Notes under the pieces: model-generated | The model's input: the letters and a program-made list of their open reading frames with translations, nothing else | Databases searched by the model: none | What the model was told of the DNA's origin: nothing | Made by a program: the position numbers and the translations under genes | DNA from: a bacterium | Lineage (GTDB): Bacteria > UBA8248 > JACPRG01 > G963555815 | DNA length: 64,000 nt | Reading direction: 5' to 3' | NCBI GenBank assembly: GCA_965218795.1 | Contig: OZ244653.1 | Span: forward strand, 2,912,001-2,976,000 | Shown: piece after piece, positions 8,985 to 18,200 of the stretch | How positions within the stretch are numbered: position 1 is the stretch's first letter | Layout of the letters: each line of letters opens with the position of its first letter

Positions 8985-11900
8985 TCAAAGGCCCAAGTCC
9001 ATCTCGCCCCGTTTCCCACGGTCCGGCGCAGCCGGCTCCCGGTTCCTCACGACCGGCTCGGTCTCTTTCCCGGCCGCCTCGCTCCCGCCGCGGTCCGTAT
9101 CCCGGGTGGCTTCTGCCTCCCGATCCGCCGTCCGTCCCGCGTTCGCATCGACTTCCATGCCCTTTGCCGGCGCGTCCCGCGCCGCCTCTCCGATCCCCTC
9201 CAGCGCGGATATGCGCTCGCCGGTCACTGCCTCCAACTGCTCGCGCAGCCGCACGGCGTCGTCCGTCACCAGCTCGGCCCGGTCGCGGGCGCGGCTGATC
9301 TCCACATAGAAGCTCTTCTGCGTGGTGAGATGGGGGTGATTGGCCTCCATCGCCGCGATCACGTTGTCCACCGTCCGCCCCTGGAAGGCATGCACGGTCG
9401 AGGCCCAGGCGTGGTCGAGATGGCGCAGCTGGGGATCGCCCGCCTTCATGTCGAGCATGCGCCCGTCCTCCAGACGGAAGGTCACACGACCGTCCTTCAC
9501 GCTCGCGACCTCGGCGGTGCGGCTGTTGACGAGGCCGAGGCCCTTGTCGTTGCGGGTCCAGCGGATGCGGTCTCCGGCGCGAAGTTCGATGCCCTCGGCT
9601 TGGTAGACCTCGGCGCCGCCTGTCCGCCCGGCGATCCGCCCCGGCTTCCAGAGAACGGTCCCGCCGTCCCCGCCTTCGAGCATCACCGTATGGCTCCTGT
9701 GATCCACGCCGGCGACCCGGCGCTCGTCACCCTTGTCGACCCCGAGCGTCTTGTAGGAGCGGTGGAAGGCGACGATATCGCCCTCGGCGTAGTTGGCCGC
9801 GAGCGATTTCTCGGCGTTCGTGTAGCCGTGGGAGACCAGCCGCTCGCCCGTGAAGGCGGGGCCGTGGATCCTGCCATCGCGCGCGAGGCGCTCCCGGATA
9901 TGGCCGTTGATCTCCCGGCGAAGCTCATGGCTCGGCGCCATGACGCCGGTGTTCTCTCTCGCCTCGGGGGACAGCTTGAGCCAGCGCGCCGCCACCGCGC
10001 CTGCGATGTTGTCGGCCTTCACTTCCGCGACGTTGGGGCCGAGCTTCTCGAAGGCCTTGCCGATCTCGCCGGCGAGGCTCGCCTCCACGGCCGCCTTCAG
10101 CTCCGGGTCGCGCTGGCGCAGGATCTCGTCCATGGTCGCGGTCTTCATGCCTGCCTGCTGCAGCTGGGCAAATGGCTTTCCCGCATCCACCGCGTCGAGC
10201 TGCTTCGCATCACCCACCAGCACGACACGGGGAAGGCGCAAGGTGTTGGCGATCCTGAGCAGATCGCGGGCCTGGACGGTGGAGGCGAGGGATCCCTCGT
10301 CCACCACGAGCACGGTCTTCCGCCAGGCGGCGCGCATCTCCCGCGCGCCCTTGGCCGTAAGACGGCCCTCGGCGACCCCGGCGTTCCGCGCGAGGAACAA
10401 TTGCAACGTCTCGCTCTCGATCCCGGCTTCGGTCGCCAGCGTCTTCACCGCCGAGGCCGACGGCGCCAGTCCCATCATGCGGTAGCCGTTCTTCTCCGCG
10501 AGCGCGCGGGCGCGGTTCAGCATGGTGGTCTTGCCGGTCCCGGCATAGCCCTGCACGCCGATAACGCGGTCCTTCGAAGACAGGATCAGCTTGACGGCCT
10601 GCTTCTGGCCCTCGGTGAGCGGTCCCTTGTGCAGCCGCGCCTGTACCATCCAGCTCCGCATCGCCGCCCGGCCCCGGTCCTGGCCGTCCCGCATCAGCCC
10701 GATCGTCTCGCGTTCGTGGGCTAGGGCCTTGTCGGTGGTCATGCCGTCGCCCGCATGCAATGCCGGCGCGGCATGGAGCCGTCCCTGTCCTTCGAGATCG
10801 CCCAACGCCTTCTCCGCCGCCTCGACGGACACGGCGCCCGGTTGCCAGGCCAGCGCGGCGGCGAGCAGATCGGCGCGCAAGAACACCGCCTCGCGCTCGG
10901 CGAGATGCGCCATCGCCCATTCCACGGCCTCGGCCGCCGGCTCCTTCGTTACCGGTTTCCGCCGCGTTGGGTCGGTTTCCGCGATGGCGGCGGGAGACCC
11001 GACGGCATCCGCCGGAGCGGGATCGACATCCCGCGCGGGAGCGTTCTCCCGGCCGGAGTCCCTGCCGGCTTCCCTCGCCATGGCCTCGGCGGCGAGCGCC
11101 CGTGCGTCGAATCCCAGGCCGCCGGCCTGCTTCTCCCAGCTTGCCCTGAGCGCCGCCTTGTCGACCTCGCGCTTGTGGGCGCGGGTCATCAGCGCCGCGC
11201 GCTCGGCGAGGCGCTGGTTCCCGGCGGTGCCGCTCATGCCCCGCTCGGCCATGGCCGCTTCGATCTCCGCCCGCCGGGTCGAGAACGCCTCGATCGCCTT
11301 GCGTGGGACCCCGGCGATCTCGAAGCGTCCGTCGGCATGGCTCTTCTCGATGCCGTAACCGAGCTTGCCCAACTCCCGCGCGAGCTCGCTCCGGTAGATC
11401 ATGCCGATCAGCTTCTGGCGGCGGTAGAGCGCCTCGTTGGCCATGGTCCGCCACTTGCCGTCCCCGCCCTGGACCATGTTGGCGAGGACCGCGTGGGTGT
11501 GGAGCTGGGGATCGAGATTGCGCGAGGCGTCGTGCCGGAAGGTCGCGGCCACCGTCTTCTGGTCCCCGGCCCGGACCATGCGTCCGGTCTCCGGGTCCTT
11601 CAACCGGGTCTCGGCGGCGTTGCCCTCGATCCAGGCCAGCGAGCGCTTGACCGCCCGGTCATGGGCGTCGACCACGCGCCCGTCGCCGCCGATCAGCGCC
11701 GCCAGCGAGACGGATTTTGGGGCCGAGAAGGTGAGATCCCGCCCGGGCCGGTGCTGCAGGGCCCCATCGGGTCCCCCGCGTCCGAGTTGCCGTCCGGTCC
11801 CGTCGAGTACCTTGCCCTCCAGCACCGCCTTGAAGAGGTCCGGCTCGACCGGACCGGAGAGGCCGAGGTCCTCCGCGCCCTTGCCGGTCCAGGCGCTCGC

Positions 11901-12002
11901 GTCCCTGTGGGCCGGGTCGTCCCTGGCGTAGTAGCCGTCCTTTTCGTAATAGGAGATGCCCTGGGCCGAGGACGCGACGGCGCCGATCGAGACGACCATC
12001 AC
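8985..12002 (-). CDS. trwC: MOBF conjugative relaxase-helicase (TrwC/TraI family)
   Basis: N-terminal YY..YY tyrosines, DLTFSAPKSVS, HDASRNLDPQLHTH (HUH motif), helicase GYAGTGKT, VVDE and FQGRT. Confidence 0.92.
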   Translation of the reverse strand: MMVVSIGAVASSAQGISYYEKDGYYARDDPAHRDASAWTGKGAEDLGLSGPVEPDLFKAVLEGKVLDGTGRQLGRGGPDGALQHRPGRDLTFSAPKSVSLAALIGGDGRVVDAHDRAVKRSLAWIEGNAAETRLKDPETGRMVRAGDQKTVAATFRHDASRNLDPQLHTHAVLANMVQGGDGKWRTMANEALYRRQKLIGMIYRSELARELGKLGYGIEKSHADGRFEIAGVPRKAIEAFSTRRAEIEAAMAERGMSGTAGNQRLAERAALMTRAHKREVDKAALRASWEKQAGGLGFDARALAAEAMAREAGRDSGRENAPARDVDPAPADAVGSPAAIAETDPTRRKPVTKEPAAEAVEWAMAHLAEREAVFLRADLLAAALAWQPGAVSVEAAEKALGDLEGQGRLHAAPALHAGDGMTTDKALAHERETIGLMRDGQDRGRAAMRSWMVQARLHKGPLTEGQKQAVKLILSSKDRVIGVQGYAGTGKTTMLNRARALAEKNGYRMMGLAPSASAVKTLATEAGIESETLQLFLARNAGVAEGRLTAKGAREMRAAWRKTVLVVDEGSLASTVQARDLLRIANTLRLPRVVLVGDAKQLDAVDAGKPFAQLQQAGMKTATMDEILRQRDPELKAAVEASLAGEIGKAFEKLGPNVAEVKADNIAGAVAARWLKLSPEARENTGVMAPSHELRREINGHIRERLARDGRIHGPAFTGERLVSHGYTNAEKSLAANYAEGDIVAFHRSYKTLGVDKGDERRVAGVDHRSHTVMLEGGDGGTVLWKPGRIAGRTGGAEVYQAEGIELRAGDRIRWTRNDKGLGLVNSRTAEVASVKDGRVTFRLEDGRMLDMKAGDPQLRHLDHAWASTVHAFQGRTVDNVIAAMEANHPHLTTQKSFYVEISRARDRAELVTDDAVRLREQLEAVTGERISALEGIGEAARDAPAKGMEVDANAGRTADREAEATRDTDRGGSEAAGKETEPVVRNREPAAPDRGKRGEMDLGL

Positions 12003-14101
12003 AGCCAGTCGGGCGGACAGCGTTCGTCCGCGCCGCCGGCGCCGCTGTCCTCGGGTTCATCCGGAGCGGCCGCGGGGTCTTCCCGTCGCCCGGAAAGGAC
12101 GGAATTCCGGCCGCCCGAACCGGCAGCCGGAACCTCGGGCATTTCCGCGCCTTCCGCTTCGACCGCGCGGCATTCGGCCGGGGCCGGCTCGAAACCGAGC
12201 TCGGGTTGATCGCCGGTCCATCCGGCCGCCGAACCCGCCGCGCCCGTATCGCCATGCTCGCTTTCGTTCCCGGCATTGCCCGGGGCCGGGGCATCGGTGT
12301 CGCGCCTGCTTCCGGAATAGGCCGCGGTCACATCGGAGACCCAACCGCCTTGCTCCGAAGGCCCTTCCTCCCTTGGCACGAAGCGTTCGGCCGCCTTGGG
12401 CCTCTTGACGTAGTCGAGCTTGATCCGGGCCACGGGCCACGGCCCCGGGAACTTCAGATACCCCTGCAGGTTCTCCAGCCGCATGATCTCCGACGGCAGG
12501 GCCAGGGAACGCATCTCCCGCCGCTGGGTCAGCGAGACCCCGTCGCGCAGCACGCTGGCCCCGTAGCTCATCCCGTGGGAATATTCCTCCACCTCGCCCC
12601 GCCCCAGGCTCTCGGCCGACCACCGGGCCGTCTCCTGATCGGGCGCGGCCAGCACCACCCGGGTACCGCAGAGCCCCGAGATCGTCTCCGCCCCGTTCTT
12701 TCCGTAGAGGTCGCGCAGGGCCGAGATCACCTGGATCCCGAGGACGAAGCACCCCCCGAACTGGCGGGACTCGGCCAGACCGGGCTGGAGGCTCGGCACC
12801 TGGTGGAGGGTGGGCAGTTCGTCCAGGACCACCCAGACCCGGCGCGCATCGTCCTGATGGAGGGAAAGAAGGGCGTTGACCGCGATCTCGAGCCAGGTGG
12901 AGATGAGCCCCCTCAGGCTCGCGTGCTGGTCGCCGCGGGAGGTCAGGAACAGGAACCCGGTCCCGTCCTCCCGTCCCACCCAGTCCCGGATCGAGAAGGG
13001 CTCGCCCGTATCGGGCAGGAACTCCAGCGCTCCCAGGTGCGCGGTCAGCATGGCGCGGACGGAGAGCGCGGTCTTGGGGTTGTCCGGGTCCACGATGGAC
13101 TGGGCCACCGTGCCCTCCATGGCCTGGGCCAGGGCCGTCAGGTCGGTCTTGAGCAGGTGGTCGACCAGCACCCGGTTCTCGGTGACCCCCTGCTTCCAGA
13201 GCCCGCCGGCGCCGTTGGAGAACAATTGCCTGGCGGCCGTGACCCAGAAGGGGTCCACCGTGTCCTTCTGCTGGGGGATGAGGGCCGCGGCCATCATGTC
13301 GAAGTCCCGGGGGGATCCGGCCTCGAAGAAGGGGGACCAGCAGGGGGATCTGGCGTCCAGGGGGTTCATGAGCACGTCACGAGAGGGATCGAAGAAGGAG
13401 CGGGTATAGGTCCCCATCTTGTCGTAGAGGATGCAGCGCTCGCCGCGTTTTCGGATCCGGGCGACCAGGTCCGAGATCAGGACGGTCTTGCCGGATCCCG
13501 TGGTGCCCGAGACCATGGTGTGCTGGGTCTCGGCTCTCCGGGGCCAGGGGATCCCGGCGATGCGGGGGGAGGATCTACGCGCCCTGGGAGACAAAGCCTC
13601 CATAAGACGCACGGACAGGGGCTGGACCCGCCTTCTCAGGTCCCGGGCCGTGGTCATCTCCGCTCCCCGGACCCGTCTGGCCCGGTCCAGGCGCCTTCCC
13701 CGGACAGAGAACAGGACCGCGCACAGGGCCATGCCCCCCGTTCCGAGCCACAGGCCGAGCCAAGCCTTTGAGTAGATCGTATGGAGCAGGCGTCTTCGGA
13801 TCCTTTCGATCCTGGGGTCATTGGCGATATCCACGATCCTCAGGAGTGTCGTTTTGCCTTCCCTCCACTCGTACTTCTGGAGGGAGTGGCGGGAATACCC
13901 CAGTGCGAGCTTGGCCTGGGCGAGGGTGCCCGTTCCCACCAGGCGCCATTCATGGGCGGTGGTGGTTCGGAAGAGAGCTACGGAAGGGACCAGGACGATT
14001 GTCAGCGCGATGCCCAAAAGTCCCCACCTGACCAGCTGGCCCCACATGTGGACGTCGTGGGCCAGGGTCTGGCCGCCCCGGAGCGTGGCGTTGCCGAACA
14101 T
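11999..14101 (-). CDS. traD: Type IV coupling protein (TraD/TrwB family)
   Basis: Two N-terminal TM segments, GTTGSGKT Walker A, LDELPTL Walker B, acidic disordered tail; stop overlaps the relaxase start. Confidence 0.9.
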   Translation of the reverse strand: MFGNATLRGGQTLAHDVHMWGQLVRWGLLGIALTIVLVPSVALFRTTTAHEWRLVGTGTLAQAKLALGYSRHSLQKYEWREGKTTLLRIVDIANDPRIERIRRRLLHTIYSKAWLGLWLGTGGMALCAVLFSVRGRRLDRARRVRGAEMTTARDLRRRVQPLSVRLMEALSPRARRSSPRIAGIPWPRRAETQHTMVSGTTGSGKTVLISDLVARIRKRGERCILYDKMGTYTRSFFDPSRDVLMNPLDARSPCWSPFFEAGSPRDFDMMAAALIPQQKDTVDPFWVTAARQLFSNGAGGLWKQGVTENRVLVDHLLKTDLTALAQAMEGTVAQSIVDPDNPKTALSVRAMLTAHLGALEFLPDTGEPFSIRDWVGREDGTGFLFLTSRGDQHASLRGLISTWLEIAVNALLSLHQDDARRVWVVLDELPTLHQVPSLQPGLAESRQFGGCFVLGIQVISALRDLYGKNGAETISGLCGTRVVLAAPDQETARWSAESLGRGEVEEYSHGMSYGASVLRDGVSLTQRREMRSLALPSEIMRLENLQGYLKFPGPWPVARIKLDYVKRPKAAERFVPREEGPSEQGGWVSDVTAAYSGSRRDTDAPAPGNAGNESEHGDTGAAGSAAGWTGDQPELGFEPAPAECRAVEAEGAEMPEVPAAGSGGRNSVLSGRREDPAAAPDEPEDSGAGGADERCPPDWL

Positions 14102-14268
14102 GGCGGATCCCTCCTTGTTCCAAAGGCTAACGGCGGTTCCTGCACCGTTCCGTTGCCACGGGCCGGCAAGAGGCCGGGGCGGGCCGCAGTCCGGGTAGGG
14201 GACGCTTGGGCCGGAGAGGCCCGGTCACGTCCGAGACGCCTTGAACCTCGACCCCGGAGGAACGAACC

Positions 14269-14634
14269 ATGGCCGACCCCAATCCTTCTTGTAGCTGGCG
14301 CGCCCGGCCCTTTGTCCTGGGCGGGCTTGCCTTCGCCCTTGCCGTCACGGTCTTTGCCGTGGCCACGGGGACCGGCATCCGCCTCCTCGGAGGCGTCTGG
14401 TTCTGGGCGGCGATCTGGACCGTCCTGGCGGCCCTGGCGAGCGCCCTGTGGCAAGGGTTCCGCCATGGGGACTGGTCCGCCTTCAGGGGGTACGACCTCA
14501 CGGAAGACAACGGCGACCGGTTCGACTGGGCGACAAAGACCGGCCGCTACGCCTGGCTCCGCGACGCCGAGGACGGGGATCTCCACGACGAGGATCCCCT
14601 TCGCGGTCATGGCCCGAGCACCTGGTCTTCGTAG
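14269..14634 (+). CDS. Small membrane protein, hypothetical
   Basis: GGAGG RBS, two hydrophobic helices, divergent from traD. Confidence 0.55.
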   Translation: MADPNPSCSWRARPFVLGGLAFALAVTVFAVATGTGIRLLGGVWFWAAIWTVLAALASALWQGFRHGDWSAFRGYDLTEDNGDRFDWATKTGRYAWLRDAEDGDLHDEDPLRGHGPSTWSS

Positions 14635-14843
14635 AAGGGGCCGTCGCGGGTGCTCGTCCAGGGGCAGGTCGGAGCGGGCGCCGGGCGTTGTCATGGGAAG
14701 GAACATAAGGGGAAGGTTCGTGTTCGCCAACAGGTATCGATAGTGTATGGCCTACAGTTGGTTGACATTCCTGCGCACGTCCGCAATGGAATGCGCGGGG
14801 GTGCGGCAAAAAACCGGGGATTACGGCAGGTGGAAGGGAAAAG

Positions 14844-14984
14844 ATGGGTTCAGAGAGGAACAGGGACGAGAGAGAGGCGATCAGGCGGGACCCGGTCCGG
14901 CTCAGGCTGATCTCCGCCAACCCGGACGACGCCCCGTACTCATGCTTCGCCCAGGACGTCGACGGCGTCGGCAAGGTGCTCTGA
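14844..14984 (+). pseudogene. Internally deleted, in-frame copy of the HTH-S24 repressor gene (46 aa mini-ORF)
   Basis: MGSERNRDEREAIRRDPVRLRL|ISANPDDAPYSCFAQDVDGVGKVL: the first half matches ~27143-27187 and the second half matches ~27761-27845. Confidence 0.75.
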
Positions 14985-15268
14985 ACTTTGCGTCAGGTGA
15001 GAGAAAAAAACGCCGCAGGGCGTTCCCGTCCCCCTCCCTGGCCACTCAAGTCAAGCGACCGGGCGATGCAAACCGTTTTGTATCCGGTGGTCAGCCTGCG
15101 CGGTTCCTGTCGCGGGCCGTGCACGGCATCGGTCAGGGCGCTGTATCGCTTGGGCGAAGAGACGAGCCGGAGCCCGGCGAGGCTGCCGCCCGCGTCGCGC
15201 ACCAGCGCCGCGAACGCCGGCACGCCGGGCGCTCCGGTCCCGCGGGGCGCGGAGGGAACGCCCCGCCG

Positions 15269-18200
15269 TCACCAGCGGATCGTGCCGCGCAGCATCAAGC
15301 CGTGCTCGGGCGCGTCGTCGTTGGCCGGCTCGCGCCGCGTGCCTTCGAGGCTGAACGTCACGTCCGGCGCCACCAGCCAGCGCGCGCCCGTGCGCCATGA
15401 CCGCCCGCCGCCGTCGGCCAGCGAGAGCCCCGCATAGGGCGTCACCAGCCCGAGGCCGCGCGGCACGCCCAGACCGTAGCCGAGCTCGGCCTCCAGACGG
15501 CGCTCCGCCTCGAACGCTTCCTCACGCACCAGCCCCGCCGCGTCGCGCGCCGACCACAGACGCTCCACGCCGCTCGACGGCGTCCCCCACACCGGCGCCA
15601 GCGTCAGCGAGAGGCCCCGCCCCGAGGCGCCGGGGTTGAACCGCACCGAGCCGCCCGCGCCCCACTCCTCGTAAGACCCGTCCTCGTGCGCGATGAGCGC
15701 GCGAACGCTCGCCTCCACCGTCAGGCCCGACCCCGCGTCGGCGAAGCGGATCCGCCCGCCGACCTCGATTCCGGTCCCCGTCTCCGCGTCACCGCCGTCG
15801 TGGCGCAGGCCCACCTCCAGGCCCGGCGTCAGCGCCGCGCCCTCGCCCAGCGCGAACGCCCGCCCGGCCTCCAGCACCAGCCGCAGCCGGCTCGCATCGG
15901 CCTTCGTGGCCACCGTGTTCGCCGCCTTCTCCGACTCCATCCGCACCCAGAACGCGTCGCCGCGAAGCGCCAGGTCGATCAAGCCGGTCTCGCCCGCCTC
16001 CAGCACCGCGCCCCGCGCACCCGCGGCGCCGAGTCGCATCGAGAGGTCGGTGCGCACGGACGAGTTGCCCCGGACCGTCATGTCGCCCGTGCCGTAGCCC
16101 AAGAGGCCCCAGGCCGAGAGCCGGTCGCTCAGCGTCACCCGCACGTAGGGGTTCACGCTCGTGAGCGTGCTCTCGATCTTGCCCGAATCCACGTCCGGCT
16201 GGTCGAAGGCGCCCTTGCCCCTGCTCACCGAGACCGCCACGCCCGCGAGCCAGCGCTCCCATTGGGCGTCGGCACCCAGGATCCCGGTCGTCACCTCGCC
16301 GTCCAGGCGCACCTTGCCCTTGTCGGCCGGCGCCTTGGCGTCAAAGCCGCCCACCGTCACCCGGCCCCAGGCCGCGAAGCCCGGTCCCCCGTCCTCGCCG
16401 CCGCCGGCCGTCAGGTGGAACGAGCTGCCGAGCAGCAGCTCGCGCCCGGTCAGGGTCCGCGACGTGGTGCCGGCCGTGTCCAGGTCCGCCCGGGAGCCGG
16501 ACCGCGCCTCAACGTCTTCCGCGCCCGGGGCCCCGGCAAGCGCCCGCCGGGCGTCGACGGTCCCGGCCGACAGGTCGATGCTCCGACCGCCCAGCGTCAC
16601 CCGCGAGCCCTGGGGCGGACCTGACAGGCGTCCGGACACCGCGTCCACCACCTGGCCCGCCACCGTGCGCCCGAAGCGCGACAGCCACATCTTCTGCAAC
16701 GGATCGGAGTTCTCGATGGCGCCCGTCGCGACCCCGTCGGCGATCACCGCCCCCGAGGCGCTCGTGAGCCGGAGCGTGAAGGTCTCCTCGCCCTCGTCCA
16801 CCGCGTCGTCCAGCACCGGCACCGAGACCGTCTTCGCCGTCTCGCCCGGATCGAAGCTGAGCGCGCCGCCGCTGCGCGTATAGTCCTCGCCCGCGGTCGC
16901 CGTCCCGTCGGCGGTCGCATAGGCCACCGCCACCGTCACCGATGCCGCCCGGCTCAGCGTCACCGCGAAGTCGATGGTCTCGTCCGCGCCTTCCCTGGCC
17001 CGCGCGTCCGCCACCGACACCGCCACAGGACCCCGCACCGTCGTCGAGATGGTGTTCGACAGCGCGCGGCCGTCCGACGTGCAGACCGCCGCCGGGGTCC
17101 GGCAGGCCGCCCCGGCCGCGAGCGTCACCGTCACGTCCGCCAGCGAGTCCGGCTCGACCGTCACCTGCCACAGGTCCCGGCGCCGGTCCACCCGGCTGGC
17201 CGACGTCGCCCGGCCCCCGGCCACCGCCACCACGTCCTCGCGCAACCGCCGGCCGTTCATCCACCCGATCCGCTCGCTGAACGCGATCCTGAACGTGAAC
17301 GCGCTCTCCCCGTCATGCTCCGCCGGCACGTCCACGAACGACGCCGTCAGCGGTGCCGGGCCGGTCTCCTCCGCCGGGCCGGCCACCGTCGTCGTGGGCG
17401 TGTTGGTCAATGGCTTGCGGGGCGGCCCCCAGGTGCAGATCGCGCCCGAGACCGTGCACTCGCGACCCGCCGGCAGCGTAATGCTCACGTCGCCCGCGCC
17501 GTCCGGCTCGACCGTGATCTCGAACAGGTCCTTCCGCCGGTCCACCCGGCGGCCCCGTGTCACCCGGCCCCCGGTTACCGTGAACGCGTCCTCGCGCAGG
17601 CTCCGGAAGCTGATCGCGATGGGCTCGCTGAACGCCACCCGGAAGCGGAACAGGCTCTCCCCGTCATGCTCCGCCGGCACGTCCTCGAAGGATGCCGTCA
17701 GCGCATTCTGCGCTGCTGCACTCTCCCTGCGCAGCGACACCGCGACCTGGACGCCGTCCGACGCCCCGTCCTCATAGCGCGAATACTCACTACTCGGCTG
17801 TGGCGTGGGGCCCACCAGCATCGGCAACTTGCCGCGCTTCACTGAACTCGCTTCCAGCCCCGAGATCCGGTATCCGTTCCAGTACGCCACCAGCCCAGAC
17901 GCGTCGGGCAGAGTCGAACCCGTTGCCAGCGCGAACAGCCCTCTCGAATTCACGAGGAACGCATCGATCGCATAAGTCGCGCCGCCGTCCTCGAACGAGA
18001 CGACGTCCATCTCTCCGAACGACTCGCCCAGCATCCGGCCGTACCCCGCCACCGAAAAGGGGAACTGATGCGAGCCCAGTGTCACCGTCGCCGACAGCAG
18101 CTCTTCCTCACCGTCCGCGAGCGGCGGATTGACGGGTGCCGACCACACCGGCGGCGTTTCCGCGTTCGTTACCGAGCCATCGCCGCTCTCGACCCGCACT

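Noticed and set aside
14635-15060. oriT/nic site for the MOBF relaxase
   Set aside because: Plausible location with small hairpins (e.g. AACGCC-GCAG-GGCGTT), but no convincing match to known MOBF nic sequences by eye.
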